NCBI GenBank assembly: GCA_964019335.1
Contig: OZ025702.1
Location: forward strand, 124,001 to 188,000
Reading direction: 5' to 3'
DNA length: 64,000 nt
DNA from: Diplonema japonicum
Lineage: Eukaryota > Protista > Euglenozoa: Diplonemea
The position numbers and the translations under genes are program-made. Numbering within the stretch: position 1 is the first letter of the stretch; every line of letters begins with the position of its first letter. Positions 22,601 through 34,655 of this stretch are shown here, one piece after another. The notes beneath the pieces were generated by a model. The model did not search any database. It worked only from the letters and a program-made list of their open reading frames with translations, and was not told the origin of the DNA.

Positions 22601-25190
22601 ACAGTATGGGGCTGTTGCAAACTACTGTCCAAACCCCTTCGGCATTGGACCTTGCTGACGTGGCCATGCCGTACCTGCTGGCACCTACCTTGCTTGCCAC
22701 GGTGGGGCGCGGCGATCTGTACCACAAGGCGATCGAGGACGCAGTCAAGATCATGCACAATGGTGGCAACATCAACGCGGCGCTGACCTTGATCCACAGA
22801 ACACGCCAGGGCGGCATGCTCACATTGTCGCCTGAGCTCAACTTTGCAGAGGCGGTGCTGCTGAGGAAGAGGGGCGAGAACAGTGCTGCTGTTGCTTGTT
22901 TGAAGAAAGTCACGTCTCACCTCAAAACCACCGACAAGACGAACAACAGGCTGCTGGCTGCAACACTATGCAAGCTAGGGAAGTGGATGGGAACGGACAA
23001 GTCGGAGACGCGCTCCAACGTCATCAACAACTACCTGACACCCGCGGCGCAGCTCATAGGCGGCGAGGTGTGCCCAGAGCGTGCGGATGTGTTCTACACA
23101 CTAGGCAGGTTCCTTGACAAGCTGTACGTGACGCTCTCGACGAGAGAGGTGTCTTCTTCGAACAAACTCATGGAAGAGGCGAGGGATAAGTACATCGAAT
23201 GCCACAAGTATCTGAAAGACAACAAGGGGAAGTTGTCATCTGTGAAGGAGCGCGTCATTGAGAGGACATCGCACCACTTCGGCGTGATCTCATCCCGAGC
23301 AACAGAGGAAGAGGACAAACTACACACCGATCAGGAGATGTACCTGCTGCAGTCTGTGAAGGCTTACTGCCTCACCACCCTGCACTCCGACTCGTACGAC
23401 CTCATCTGCGTGTTCAGGCTGGTCGCGTTGTGGCTACAAAACGAAGACAACTCAGAGCTCAACCACTACCTCACAGGCTTCTTTGGGAAGCTCGCCAGTA
23501 GCAGTAAGTTCGTTCCTCTTGCATACCAGCTAGTGTCGAGACTGTCAGGAAAGAAGGACACAGAGACCTTCCAGGCAACGTTGACAGTACTGCTAGAGAA
23601 ACTGGCACGCAACCACCCGCATCACGTGTTGCATCACTTGTCTGCGCTGTCGTATGGGGGCTACCTTCCTGACCAGCAGCGGTACCGCGAAGTGTTCATG
23701 GCAGACACAGGTAAGATAGAAGCGGCAAAGCGGATCTTGAAGGCACTATCGCGCAGCAAAACAATGGCCCCGTTGTTGGAGGAGATGCGCACGCTGGTCG
23801 AGGCTTACATGCAGTTCGCATTCCACCCCATCAACAAGAAGACACACATCGACGGGGAGAAGATCCCGCTTACGAAAGATCTGAGCTTGAAGAACGTGCG
23901 GAGTTTGTCGCACGCCGTGGTCCCTACGTACAGCATCCCCGTGTCGAAGATGGGGGACTACGCAAGGGTACCAAGGGTAAAGGAGTTCGAGCCGTGCTTT
24001 ACAACCGCTGGAGGCATCAATCTACCGAAGATCATCAGATGCCTGGGATCAGACGGCAAATGGTACAAACAGTTGGTTAAGGGCGGGCAGGACGACCTCA
24101 GACAAGACGCGGTGCTGGAGCAGTTCTTCGGGTTGTGCAACGACCTCCTCCGCGAATCCAACAAAATAAACACGAAGGACATCGAGATGCGGACGTACAA
24201 AGTCATCCCTCTTTCACCCACCTCTGGGATCGTTCAATGGGTCAATGACACAGTACCCATGGGGGAGTGGCTGTTGAGGCGATCCGACCCTGTACAGGGA
24301 GCGCACCGTAGATACTGCCCCGACGACATGACGTACAAGGACGCAAGGGTTGCTCTGAGCAACAACTCCATGACTGCGAAGGAGAAGCGTGCCTCGTTCG
24401 CAGAAGTGTGCAACAACTTCACACCTGTTCTGCATCATTTCTTCCTCGAGAACTATCCCGGGGCAGTTGAATGGTTCCGAGCACGACGGGCCTACACAAA
24501 ATCAACAGCGGCAGCTAGCATTATAGGGTACATTGTCGGCCTCGGTGACCGTCATTCTCAGAATATTCTACTGGACACTAATACTGGAGAGGTTATTCAC
24601 ATCGATCTTGGGGTGGCTTTTGAGAAGGGGAAGTTTTTACCGGTTCCTGAGCTGGTTCCCTTCAGGCTGACGCGTGATGTGATAGACGGGATGGGCATAA
24701 CAGGGATCGAAGGTGTGTTCCGGTCCACATCTGAGCGGACACTCTCTGTGCTTCGCGACTCGAAGCAACTGTTGCAAACCATCACCGAAGTGTTCATCCA
24801 CGACCCTTTGTACAATTACTCTCTAGACCCTTCGAAGATGATGCACAAGCAGTCCGAGTATTCGTCGGCGAAGAAGATAGGAGGGAAGACACCTGAAACG
24901 GATGCTGGGCAGAAGCGGAATCCAGACGCTGAACTCGCTTTGATGAGGGTGACCGAGAAGGTGTGGAAGAAGAAGAAGAAAAAAAAAAGAGAAAAAAAAC
25001 AGCTCGATGGATATGAAGATGGTGAATACCTCTCTGTGGCAGGGCAGACTAACAAGCTTATTAAAAACGTATGGTTTTTTTTTTCCAGGGAAAGGAACCG
25101 GGAGAAAAAAAAAAAGAAAAAAAAAAAAAACAGGCATCCTCTCTAGACACACTTGCCGAAATGTACGTTGGTTGGGCAGCTTGGATGTGA
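16621..25190 (+). CDS. ATM: ATM/Tel1 PIKK-family Ser/Thr kinase
   Basis: Kinase motifs GGINLPKIIRCLGSDGKWYKQLVKG..DDLRQDAV.EQ, YIVGLGDRHSQNILLD, HIDLGVAFEKGK.LPVPELVPFRLTRD, EVFIHDPLY. Removing introns 24961-25002 and 25069-25133 restores the FATC end RVTEKLDGYEDGEYLSVAGQTNKLIKNASSLDTLAEMYVGWAAWM*. Confidence 0.95.
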
Positions 25191-25363
25191 AAGGTTCTTT
25201 TTTTTTTTTTCTGTTTTGTTGCTGTTGTTGTTGTTGTTGTTGTGTTTGCCTTTTTTTTTTTTTTTTTCTCTTTTCATTCTCTCTAGCTTTCTTTAAATAT
25301 TTATTTCCTTTCGCCAAAAAAAAAAAAAAGAAAACCACAAAAGATACACGTTTACACAAGAAA

Positions 25364-26578
25364 ATGCCCGGTCGCAAGAACAAAGCTATCCATCTGAACA
25401 ATGAGGGAAACGTGATGTACCGGAGGGAGCTGTATGAAGTAGCCATCGAGTGTTACACAAAGGCGGTGGAGCTGGACCCGACAAACAGCTCGTTCTACGG
25501 GAACAGAGGACAGGCGTACTTCAAGAGGGAGCTGTACGAAGAGTCTGTCAATGACGCTCTGATGTCTGTGAAGCTTGACGAAAAGTTCTGGAAAGGCTTT
25601 GTAAGGGCCGGCAAAGGAATGGTGAAGCTAGGTAGGCTAGACGAGGCAACAACGTACTTCACAGAAGCGAAAAAATACGTGACGGATGGCGGCGAGGCTG
25701 AAGCTGTTGCAGATTTTGAATTAGATGGTTTGAAACATCTACAACGCCAAGTCGCAGCCATTCACGAAAAGTACGGAAGCCGTGAATACTACTCCGCTTC
25801 TGCAGATATTCTGTTAATTCAAAGTTCGATCCCGCGGTCTTACGAGCTGAAGATGCTGTTGTGTGAGTGCAACTATCACAGAAATAAATACTCGCTGATT
25901 TTGAAGACAGCTTCTGTGATGAAGCGAGAGTTCCATCTTACCCAAGCCCAGCACCAAACCGTTGCCGCCATGGAAATGAAAGCGTTCGCAGCGCTGTCCG
26001 CAAAAAGGCTGGGCGGTTCTGATTTAAAACAGGTCCAGGACAATGAAAACCATGATTTGTACGAAATTCTGGAGGTAAAACCAAGCGCAAAACCTGGAGA
26101 GATTTCTTCCGCGTACACGGCGATGGCGCTGCGGTACCATCCCGAGAGGCAAACCGTGTATGTTTCAGATGAAGAAAAGAAAGATTTGACGAAAAAGTTT
26201 CTCACCGTCACCAGGGCCTTCATCATTCTTTCGGACGACACGCTGAAGGCCCTCTACGACCTTGGGTATTCTGAGGACACTATTCTTTGCGAGGATATTG
26301 ATTTTCCCGCTGTGTTTTGTAGTGTCACCCCGCCGCCTTCCTCGTCTTCCTGGTCTGACACCATCTCGTACCACCTCAAAAAAACAATTTTCTGGACTTG
26401 TTCCCCCGTCACAGCTACAGCCACGTGTCCTTGTTGGTTCCCTTGCTGCGCGCGAACGGCGTTGTGTTCGCCTCCGGACTCCGGTTGGCTTGAAGAATTG
26501 AAATTCAAACTGCTTTCACATAAAAGAGACAACATGCTGGAAGCTGCCCTCGCCAAAGGGCATAAGAAAAAAGCGTAG
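25364..26578 (+). CDS. TPR + J-like domain protein (DnaJC7-like; HPE in place of HPD)
   Basis: TPR repeats (LNNEGNVMYRRELYEVAIECYTKAVELDP...FYGNRGQAY); J-domain DLYEILEV..SA...EISSAY..MALRYHPE...KKF..V..AF.ILSD..LKALYD; Cys-rich C-terminus. Confidence 0.85.
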   Translation: MPGRKNKAIHLNNEGNVMYRRELYEVAIECYTKAVELDPTNSSFYGNRGQAYFKRELYEESVNDALMSVKLDEKFWKGFVRAGKGMVKLGRLDEATTYFTEAKKYVTDGGEAEAVADFELDGLKHLQRQVAAIHEKYGSREYYSASADILLIQSSIPRSYELKMLLCECNYHRNKYSLILKTASVMKREFHLTQAQHQTVAAMEMKAFAALSAKRLGGSDLKQVQDNENHDLYEILEVKPSAKPGEISSAYTAMALRYHPERQTVYVSDEEKKDLTKKFLTVTRAFIILSDDTLKALYDLGYSEDTILCEDIDFPAVFCSVTPPPSSSSWSDTISYHLKKTIFWTCSPVTATATCPCWFPCCARTALCSPPDSGWLEELKFKLLSHKRDNMLEAALAKGHKKKA

Positions 26579-26948
26579 CAAACAAGAAGGGGAAAAAAAA
26601 AAAAAAAAAAGTGGGGTGAAGGGGTGGGGACAACGTTTTCTTCTTCTTTTTTTTTCGCTAGTTGGTTTCACGCCCAAGCTGCTGATGAGATACCACGACG
26701 GGCCTAAGGCACTACCACGACAGAAGGGATCAAACACTAGATGAGTTGATTGTCGTTAGGCGATCCTGTCACATACTGCAGGTTCCCTCAAAGACATCTT
26801 TTTTTCTCGCTTTCTTCTCCCCTCAATAAAAACCAAAAAATTAACACAAAAAAAAGGGGGCAACAAAAAAAAAACTTTAAAAAAAAAAAAAAAAAACACA
26901 ACAACAACAACACACCCCCTTCCTCCCCCGGAAAATGCTCAACGTGCG

Positions 26949-28106
26949 ATGGACGTTCTGCCGCCGGAGGTGCTGATACGATGTTTCACTTTCTTGCCCG
27001 AGTATGAGTTGGCCTACACGATACAGCTTGTTTCAAGAGGGTTTCGAAGGGCAGGGGCCGACAACGCTTTGTGGCTGAAAGTCGCTCTGGAGAGAGGCGT
27101 GAGCCGAGGGTGTGAAAGAATGCTGGGCGTCCCAGGACCTGTCCTAGAAGCTTCCTGGCGGTCTGTTGTCCAACACGGCATGCAAGGAAGCGCCGTCGGT
27201 TACTCAGTAAGAAAGGACGTCCGAACAAAAGAACTTCAGTTCCTGCGCGACAAAAAACAAAGCATATGGTTCTTAACATTTCTAACAGCATCATGCATCC
27301 TAAGCATGCTGTTCCTGCCTCCACCGCAGTGCCCAGACATAATAGTTGTTTACAACCACCCAGCACCATGGATGATCGCCTTTCTCACAACAATAATCTT
27401 CATGCGAATCTCCGTCAATTTGCCTTCTAAAACACGCAGTTCCCTCCCAACCTGGCCTTCAACATACTCTACCTTTACTGGGTCTATCGAAGTCATATGC
27501 CAGCTCAGCACGGAATCCGTTATATATAATTCTTTTGCGCCATATGCCTCAATGATGGTGGTGTGGATAATCCGATGGGTTATAGGTAACGTCGTTCCGT
27601 TTGCCTTGCAGCTGGTTGTGGCAGTTGGTGTGAGCAGGGCACTGTTGGTGAGGATGGACGCGGGTGTTCCGAAAGTTCATTGGTTGATGTTGACCATGCT
27701 GTGCTTACCGGCGTCCTCGTTGGTGATTCGGCTGTGTCGTTATACACAGATTCCGCATGTGATTGAGTTGGTTACTGATAGTGTGCAAGGGTACCTTGAT
27801 GCTGGAAATCAGTTTTGGGATGCTGTGGGGGTTCTTATGACTTCTGTCTCCACAGGCTTCATTACGCAGCCGCCGACTCCTTCTTTGAGGACTTTGTTCC
27901 GTCTTGTGTGCAGCACGCTTCTCCCGGACCAGCGTCTCTTCTTCTGCTTCTTAGAGCTCTTCTTCTTCTTCGTACAATGGGTACGCTTAAGCTCTTTTCC
28001 CGTTCCTGTTCATGTCTGCCCCTCCCGTGCCTCCTGGCACTACCACGGGTCCCAATGCTCTTGCCCGTCTTTACAAGTAGTGTGCACTCAATTCAAACCT
28101 GCTTAG
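26949..28106 (+). CDS. F-box protein with multiple predicted transmembrane segments
   Basis: N-terminal F-box LPPEVLIRCFTFLPEYELAYTIQLVSRGFRRAGADNALW followed by several hydrophobic stretches. The 3' end is uncertain. Confidence 0.7.
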   Translation: MDVLPPEVLIRCFTFLPEYELAYTIQLVSRGFRRAGADNALWLKVALERGVSRGCERMLGVPGPVLEASWRSVVQHGMQGSAVGYSVRKDVRTKELQFLRDKKQSIWFLTFLTASCILSMLFLPPPQCPDIIVVYNHPAPWMIAFLTTIIFMRISVNLPSKTRSSLPTWPSTYSTFTGSIEVICQLSTESVIYNSFAPYASMMVVWIIRWVIGNVVPFALQLVVAVGVSRALLVRMDAGVPKVHWLMLTMLCLPASSLVIRLCRYTQIPHVIELVTDSVQGYLDAGNQFWDAVGVLMTSVSTGFITQPPTPSLRTLFRLVCSTLLPDQRLFFCFLELFFFFVQWVRLSSFPVPVHVCPSRASWHYHGSQCSCPSLQVVCTQFKPA

Positions 28107-28736
28107 GAATATATATTTTTTTGTATTTTTTTTTTTGTTTTAACAATATTGTCGAGACTAAAAAAAAAAACTAGTTGATGGCAGCGTAATGAGTATGACT
28201 ATTTTATTAGGTAAAATTCCGCTCGTGCGCACAAACAAAATGAAGCGCCAAAACTAGTTTTTTTTTTTTTTTTCTTTTTTTTTTGGAAGGAAAGTAAACA
28301 AGCATTTAAAAAAAAACCCCCCCTTCTTTTTTCGTGATGAGGTCAGCAGCACCTGGGGAAGTCGCGAGATTTGACCGAAATTGAGAGCTACCTAGTACCG
28401 ACCATACCCCCTTCCCCTTCTTCTAGGGGGCCTGCCTCTCGCGGAGTTTTCATGTGACATCGCCTTTTTTATTACACCCCCTCCCTTTTTTTGTTTCTTT
28501 CCTCCTGCTCTTTTTTTTTAAGTTGTGTGCCCCTTTTCTTTCCCTGCCGGGGGGGTATCAGCTCCTTGGCATCGGAATCAATAAAGGCAACACTACAATG
28601 CACTTGTCGTAGTGTGAGGGAGTGGGTCTATTCGAAATCACAACCAAAAAAAAAAAAAAAAAAAAAAAAAAGGCGGGGAGGGGAAGGGGAGTCCCCCCTC
28701 CCTTGAAATTTTACTGTAAAAAAAAAAAAAAAAAAA

Positions 28737-30565
28737 ATGGGGTGTTGTGGGAGCAGTCCAAATGGGGGAAGGGAGGCACCGAAGAAAACAATAAGTGAAA
28801 AAGAAAAACGGACGGAACCCCCGGTGAGCGAGAAACCGAAAGAGGAGCCGGAACTGCTTCAGACTTCACCAATCGACACAGACAGAAGCGGGGGGAGGAG
28901 GTCATACCTGCAATGCAGTGTTGACACGGGGATCGCAGTCAAAACAGCGAACACAGGTACAAACGAGGAAACAGACACACCTGGAAGCCTACACATAACC
29001 CCACCACCATCTCTCCGGAGCAGGGACGAAGCTGCGGAAGGCAAGGAATGGGGTCCAGGCTGGCAACTTCTAAGCGGGACAGAACGAGACTTTTGCCATG
29101 CACTAAACATGGCAAGATCGAAGCCTTTGTATCTATCCCCTGGACTTGTTAAAGCTTCAAAAGACCAATCCGGCCCCATCCTGCAAAGAGCCTCTAGGTA
29201 CGGGAGGTCTACAGCTATCAAGGAAATTCGTTTCACAGGTTCACAGGGAAGCGGAGCAGATGCCTTCGCCATGTTGAAAAAGACAAAGTTCGGAGAGGAC
29301 CTTCTTGATGCGAAGTACACGGTGATCGGTGTGCACAAGAAGTCGGAAGAAGACATCGATCTTGTGCTGGCAGAGGAGTTCTCAGACAATGAGGACGACC
29401 AAGGCTTCGTTCCATGGGATGTACCAGGTGGGACAGCGCTGTCAGCTATCGAAAAACAAATTGTCCACGAGATAAATTTTGCGCGGGCACAACCGGGGTC
29501 TTATAAACACTTTGTGGAGCACATGATGGACAAGATCGAAGGAGATACCCTCATCCGTCAAGGCTGCCTTAGGAGAAATATTCCAAACGCGCTGCCCCGT
29601 TGCAAAGAGGCTGTGAGCGTCCTGTCGCAGCTCCAACCCCTTTCGAAGATTGAAAAAATCGACGAAAAATGTACCAACGCTGCAAAATCGCACAACACAG
29701 ACCAAGTCACGAACAATATTGATACCGTCACGGTGCACAATGAAAAAACAGCGCGTGCGGTGGTTCTCTCGCTTTTGATCACAAGCCAGCTTCGTGATAT
29801 TTTGTTGAAAGAAAATTGGATCGCGATGGGAGTTTCATTCTCAAACAGAATTGCCACTATAAGTTTTCAAAGAAAAGGTTCACACGACAACGATCGGGGT
29901 GAAAACGACAAAAAAATCCCGGGAACAGGGTCCGATCTCCTCACCTCCCTGGAGGAGCAAGTCTTCCACGAACTCAACACCGCCCGGACGGACCCCAAGA
30001 AATACATGACCTACATATCCGAAAAATTGCAGCTCATCAATGCGGACAACATGTATTGCGAAGAAGGGCTTCCAATGGTGGTTCTAAACGAAGGCCGGCC
30101 TGCTTATGAGGAAGCTATTAGATTCTTAGATAAAATTGAGCCCCTCGAACAGTATACAGGGGTGGCGTTGGGGTTGCAAAAAGCCGCTGCTGGTCATTCA
30201 AAAGATTGCTCTGAGAATAATATTGCCGGTCACACCGGAAGCGATGGCTCTACTCTCCAGTCCCGGGTTGAGAAGCAAGGTGAGTGGAGCGTAACTTTAA
30301 TGGAAAACATAAGCTTTGGAGAATCAACCGCTCGTAATATTGTGATTCAGTTTATCGTTGATGGTGTGTGTTGGGGAGGGGACAAAAAGAAAAAAAAAAA
30401 AAAAAAAAAATAGACGGTGTCGCATCTCGGGGTCACCGGGAGGCCATTTTCAACCCCAATGGTACGCTGGTCGGTATTTCCGCAGCTTCTCATCCGACTT
30501 ATAAACATTGTTGTGTTGTTGATTTTGCAGGCGGCTTCACCGATTCGGCAGAAACAGGTGGATGA
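28737..30565 (+). CDS. Dually acylated multi-CAP (SCP/TAPS) domain protein
   Basis: MGCCGS N-terminus (myristoyl/palmitoyl signal). Three CAP-like units (FCHALNMAR, IVHEINFAR, VFHELNTAR), of which only the last is complete (GHTGSDGS..SRV, ENISFG). Intron 30364-30413 restores IVDDGVASRGHREAIFNP. Confidence 0.85.
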
Positions 30566-31160
30566 GAAAGAAGAAAGAAGAAGGGGGGGGGGGGATTAAT
30601 ATTATTTCAGTGTTTTTTTTTTCCACTGCTCTTGCTTTTTGATCGTCTTTGAGGGATGGGGGGGGGGGGGGGGGGAGTACGAGAAAAAAAAAGTCGGAGT
30701 TTAAACTCCAAGGCAGGGTATTAGATACATACCTGTTCTAAAGAATTTCTTTTTTTTTTTTTTTTTTTATAACCTGGGACCAACGAGGGGAAATGAACAC
30801 AATCGACATTTTTCAAGTTTCAAACTTTCTTGTTCTTTTATTGACCCTTTCTCCCCATGATTTCTCCTTCTTTTTTTTTTTAATCTTTTTTTATTGGCAC
30901 TAATAGAATAGAAACTCACACCACGGGGACTGGTCCTCAAAAGTGGGATTGATTTTTTTTTTAAAGGGGGGTAAAAAAAGTACAAACGAAAGAAGGAAAA
31001 ACAAACAAAAAAAATGACCTCAACTATGCTTGCTTTTTTTTTTTTTTTTTTTTTTTCCCTCCACATTTGTAATTCTTATTTTCTCAGGTGTAGGGGGGGA
31101 GGGGGGCCAAAGAGAGAAGGCGACACAAAAAAAAAAGAAAAGAAAAGACGGAGAGGAACA

Positions 31161-31531
31161 ATGATGATTCTCAAGGAAGAGAGAAAAGACTTGGGTCTGG
31201 ACCCTACACGGAGTATCTGGTGGGAAATACAGGATGCTTTCGGTCCTGAGAAAAGAGGGCGGCCACCAAAGGACGACCTACCCGATGAGGAGCACACTGA
31301 AACGCTGAAAAGGTTAAAGAACCTAGTGCTGGCCACAGAGGAGGCCGTCCAAAACCAAGAAAAGGGAGTTGATATATCGCCAGATATTGAGATGTTGGAA
31401 AAACAGGCGAACAGCCTCGCAGAATTGGGCGGCCGGGACAGGGTGAAAAAAATCCTGAGGGACGGCTTAGGATTTGTAGAAGTCGAGGAAGGCGGTGCCA
31501 AAGTGTGGAAAAACACCACAAAAAAGTATGC

Positions 31532-31568
<37 letters not shown>

Positions 31569-31665
31569 GGAGGAACATTCAAGCTACCAAACATTTCGTT
31601 AGTTTCAAACTTGGTGAGACCGCAGAGAAGGCTTCCGACAACTTTATGGCTGTATGGAAAGGGGG

Positions 31666-31699
<34 letters not shown>

Positions 31700-32228
31700 C
31701 AGATGCTCCCGCCGTCGGAAGGCAAACAAGAGCCTTTTGGTGCACTGGTAGACATCGATATTGATGAGTTGATCAATCAGGTATTTTTTTTTATTTTATT
31801 TTTTAAACCCCAAACCCAGATTCGACGCAAGAGGATAGCACCCACCTTCGAGCAAATGATGACCATTGTGCAGAGGGCGCGGGACATCTTAGAAGAAGAA
31901 GAGAACATCCAGTGCATCGACCCGCCTTGCACTGTTGTAGGGGACATACACGGTCAATTCAACGACCTCAACCATAAAATCCTTGGGGGCAGCGAAGACT
32001 GCTCGGAAAGGGACCCTGCGCAACATCGATACGTGTTCTTAGGTGATTTCGTGGACCGGGGGGAAAACAGCCTTCTGTGCATGGCGCTGATTCTGCTCTA
32101 CAAGCTGAAGAACAAAGACAACATCATTATCTTAAGAGGAAACCACGAGAGCCGGATTACGAACACTATCTATGGGTTCCACGAAGAGTGCCGGCAAGTA
32201 TGAAAGAAAAAAAAAATCTTTTTGAAAA

Positions 32229-32284
<56 letters not shown>

Positions 32285-32353
32285 AGAAGTATCCACACAA
32301 CAATGCAGAGAAAACATCGTCCTATTCAGGGAAACCTGACAGTGAAGTATGGG

Positions 32354-32389
<36 letters not shown>

Positions 32390-33060
32390 TCTGGACTAGA
32401 TTCAACGGACTGTTTGACGCCCTCCCTCTCGCAGCCCTCATCGGCGGGGGTGAAAAACCGGACGGGACAGAAACCCCTTCGATTTTCTGCTGCCACGGCG
32501 GGCTCTCTCCCGACGTGCAGTACCTCTATCAGATCCTGTCGTTCAATAGATTTCAAGATATCATGCCTAAGGGCCTCATGGCAGACCTAACTTGGAGCGA
32601 CCCAGGCACGCAGCTGGGATATCGTCCCAATGTTAGGGGTTCTGGGTATCTGTTTGGCCAGGATAAAACGGATGAATTTTGCCGCGAAAACGGGGTGGAA
32701 CTGGTGTGCAGGGCACATCAGTGTGTAAAGGACGGGTACAAGTATGATCAGGACATGAAAGTTGTCACTGTCTTCTCTGCCCCTAACTACTGCTGGGCAG
32801 CGAACCAAGGTGCTATACTGCTGCTGAATGAGGTATGAACGGGAAGAAAAAAAAAAAAAAAGAAGGAAAAAAAAAAAAAAAACCTGCAGGATATGAACCG
32901 AGAGTTCTACCGTTATGGCGCAACAGAGGTACCTGAAGTCACTGATCCCGAACCTATCAGTGATACACCCAACAATGTGTATTTCAAAGAGGTGGAGGAT
33001 GAGAAGGAAGACGAGAAAGAGGAGAAGGAAGAGGAGGAGCAGGAGGATGATGAAAAATGA
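31161..33060 (+). CDS. PPP-family Ser/Thr protein phosphatase with N-terminal extension and acidic tail, 7 exons
   Basis: Motifs GDIHGQ, GDFVDRG, LRGNHE, HGG, DLTWSDP, RAHQ, FSAPNYC. Introns 31526-31566, 31652-31702, 31781-31819, 32198-32286, 32347-32388 and 32833-32889 join one open frame ending at TGA 33058-33060. Confidence 0.9.
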
Positions 33061-34294
33061 ATTTTTTTTTTTTTTTTGTAACTCCCCCCACACCCCCCCT
33101 TCCCCGTCCTTCTCCCCCTTGCCTTGTTTTTTTTTTGTTTTTCTGGTCCCCCTCCCCCCTCGTTCTCTTATTGGAAAAGGAAAAGGAAAAAAAAAAAAAA
33201 AAAAAAAAAAAAAATGAAGAATTAAAAAAGGGGGGGAGAGGGAGGGGTGTTTCCCCCTCTCTTTTTTTGGGGGTTAGTTTGTGGGGAATTTTGAAATACT
33301 GGGGGCATGGTTTTTGTATTGGGGACAAAAAAAAAAAGAAAAAAGAATAAAAGAAAAGAAAACAAAAAAAAAAGAGAAAATAGAAAGAAATGAGAAACAA
33401 TTTATAAAAGAAAACAAAAAAAGAAAGTGATCTTTTCCCCACCCCCCCCACCCCTCCATCCCCTTCCCTTGTCCTGTAAGTTACAAAGTGTACTACTTCA
33501 GTCTTTAGTATTTCTTCTTTTCTTTCCTTTGAAGGGCAGTTGGGGAAACCAAAAAAAAAAAAAAAAAAAGATTACTTTCCCCGAGTCTGGTGAAGAAACC
33601 ACACTAGTTTCTTTTCTTTTAATGTTTTTTCAAGAAAAAAAGGGGGGGGGGGAAGCAGAGTAGAGATCACTTCCTTTTTTTATTGTTTATTATGAATTAC
33701 TAGCCATGAGTAGGTCTTTTTCTCTACTTTTTTTTTTTAATCAATTGGCAGTGAGAGGTGAGGGAAAGTAGGAAAGAAATACTACAGGAAAAATACTTGC
33801 TTTTTGGAGAGAATGCCGATGAGGGACAAAGCCGTATCCCTAAGAAGGCTCTTTTCTTTCCTGTAACAGTGGATAATACCAGCGCGACTCTGACCTGTTT
33901 GCTACTGTCCTGGAAAGCAGGATTGGAAACCCTTCGAAACTGGCAGATCCAGCAACAGCAACAGCGACAGCAACTCATTTTTTTCATGTACCCCCCCCCC
34001 CCCCTCTCCCCCCCTACGCACGCAAGTCAAAATAGCTTATTGGTATAAAAAAAAAAAGACTTCAAAATAGGTTTCCTCAACTTTAACACATTCTTTTGTG
34101 TGTGGTTTGAGGGAGGGGGGGGGGGGGGGGGGGCGTTAATCTCTAACTGCCTCTTTTTTTTTTTTTAGTAGCTACACCCCGGCCCTTTAGTTTCCATTAT
34201 GTACACTGCTTTACCGCACTTACTCTTTGAGCGGATAATTGGAAAATGCCTTCACAGTTATCCTTTCCCGGATATACCGAAGCATTTTCTTTTC

Positions 34295-34337
<43 letters not shown>

Positions 34338-34655
34338 CTTTTATTTCCCCCATATTTTCTCAGCAGTGACATGAGATTTCTGTAAAATCCCCTCCCCCCA
34401 CTCTGTCCCCTCTGTTCTTGAAATCCCCCCCTCCATTTTTTTCTCCCCACCCCCTTACTTCCACACATATATTTATCCCCCCCCCCCCCCCACTTTTCCC
34501 CCCTTCCCCATTGTCTTTGCTCCCTGAAAATCCCCTGTTTTTTCTGTTTCCCCCCCTCCCCCTTTTTTTTGTTTCATTTTTACAAAACCAAAAAAAAAAA
34601 GAAATCTTTAAAAAAACCCAAGGATGGGGGGAAGGAAGAAAAACTCCCCTTTAAA

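Noticed and set aside
28334-28385. Hammerhead or SECIS reading of TGATGA-GGTCA..TGACC-GAAA
   Set aside because: It lacks the C3 needed to pair with G8 and has no stem III. Helix 2 is too short for a SECIS, and no in-frame TGA selenoprotein lies upstream.
31014-33060. Frameshifted pseudogenes or programmed frameshifting at A-runs (phosphatase, SNARE, LRR, Nop15)
   Set aside because: Every break is bounded by GT..AG and its removal restores the frame and conserved motifs, so introns are the simpler explanation.
33750-33980. Complex-sequence island with a 96-aa ORF
   Set aside because: GTG start, no motif and no coding-like bias; may be UTR.
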